Origin: Trichosphaerium sp. ATCC 40318
Taxonomy: Eukaryota; Protista; Tubulinea
NCBI GenBank assembly: GCA_038496445.1
Contig: JALMLS010000466.1
Coordinates: forward strand, 496,001 to 560,000
DNA: 64,000 nt
Reading direction: 5' to 3'
Part shown: positions 63,937 to 64,000 of the stretch, in pieces
Layout: each line of letters starts with the position of its first letter
Numbering within the stretch: the stretch's first letter is position 1
Notes under the pieces: model-generated
Databases searched by the model: none
What the model saw: the letters and a program-made list of their open reading frames with translations, nothing else
What the model was told of the DNA's origin: nothing
Translations under genes and position numbers: made by a program

Positions 63937-64000
63937 TTTTTTTGTACCTAAATCTTGAACTGTTTAAGTCAAAATTACCAACAAAAAAAAAAGTGTAAAC

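Overview
Compact, AT-rich, intron-dense eukaryotic nuclear DNA using the standard code. It is probably an amoebozoan-like protist; this is an inference from gene content and the dominant GTACGT/GTGCG donors. Most introns are 30-60 nt, so the supplied ORF track only catches exon fragments. I rebuilt about 25 spliced genes by hand: TPR-SGNH protein, TVP38/TMEM64, cyclin H, SAC1, a DMT-type transporter, a stanniocalcin-like surface protein, F-box/LRR, RING-H2 E3, EF-hand protein, COQ8, a glycoside-hydrolase-like protein, fatty acid hydroxylase, HIRA, H2A.Z, SLU7, peroxisomal SDR, C2/QP-repeat/LRR, MsrA, TMEM87, a GATase-like protein, a PRXL2/SelU-like protein, a pseudo-RhoGAP, a formin, alpha-SNAP, TAM41 and a small Cys-rich secreted peptide. 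Highlights: (1) a hidden selenoprotein (RHFG-U-V-C-T), with the UGA as the last codon of an exon and a canonical type II SECIS in the 3' UTR; (2) two U12-type minor-spliceosome introns (SAC1, TMEM87), several GCACGT GC-AG introns and 6-11 nt microexons; (3) two paralogues of an uncharacterised ~68-aa Trp-rich repeat family, one fused to a PD-(D/E)xK/RAP-like nuclease domain; (4) an intronless island with two singly frameshifted genes and a MITE-like element. All gene models are manual, with no database search, and some exon boundaries are approximate.
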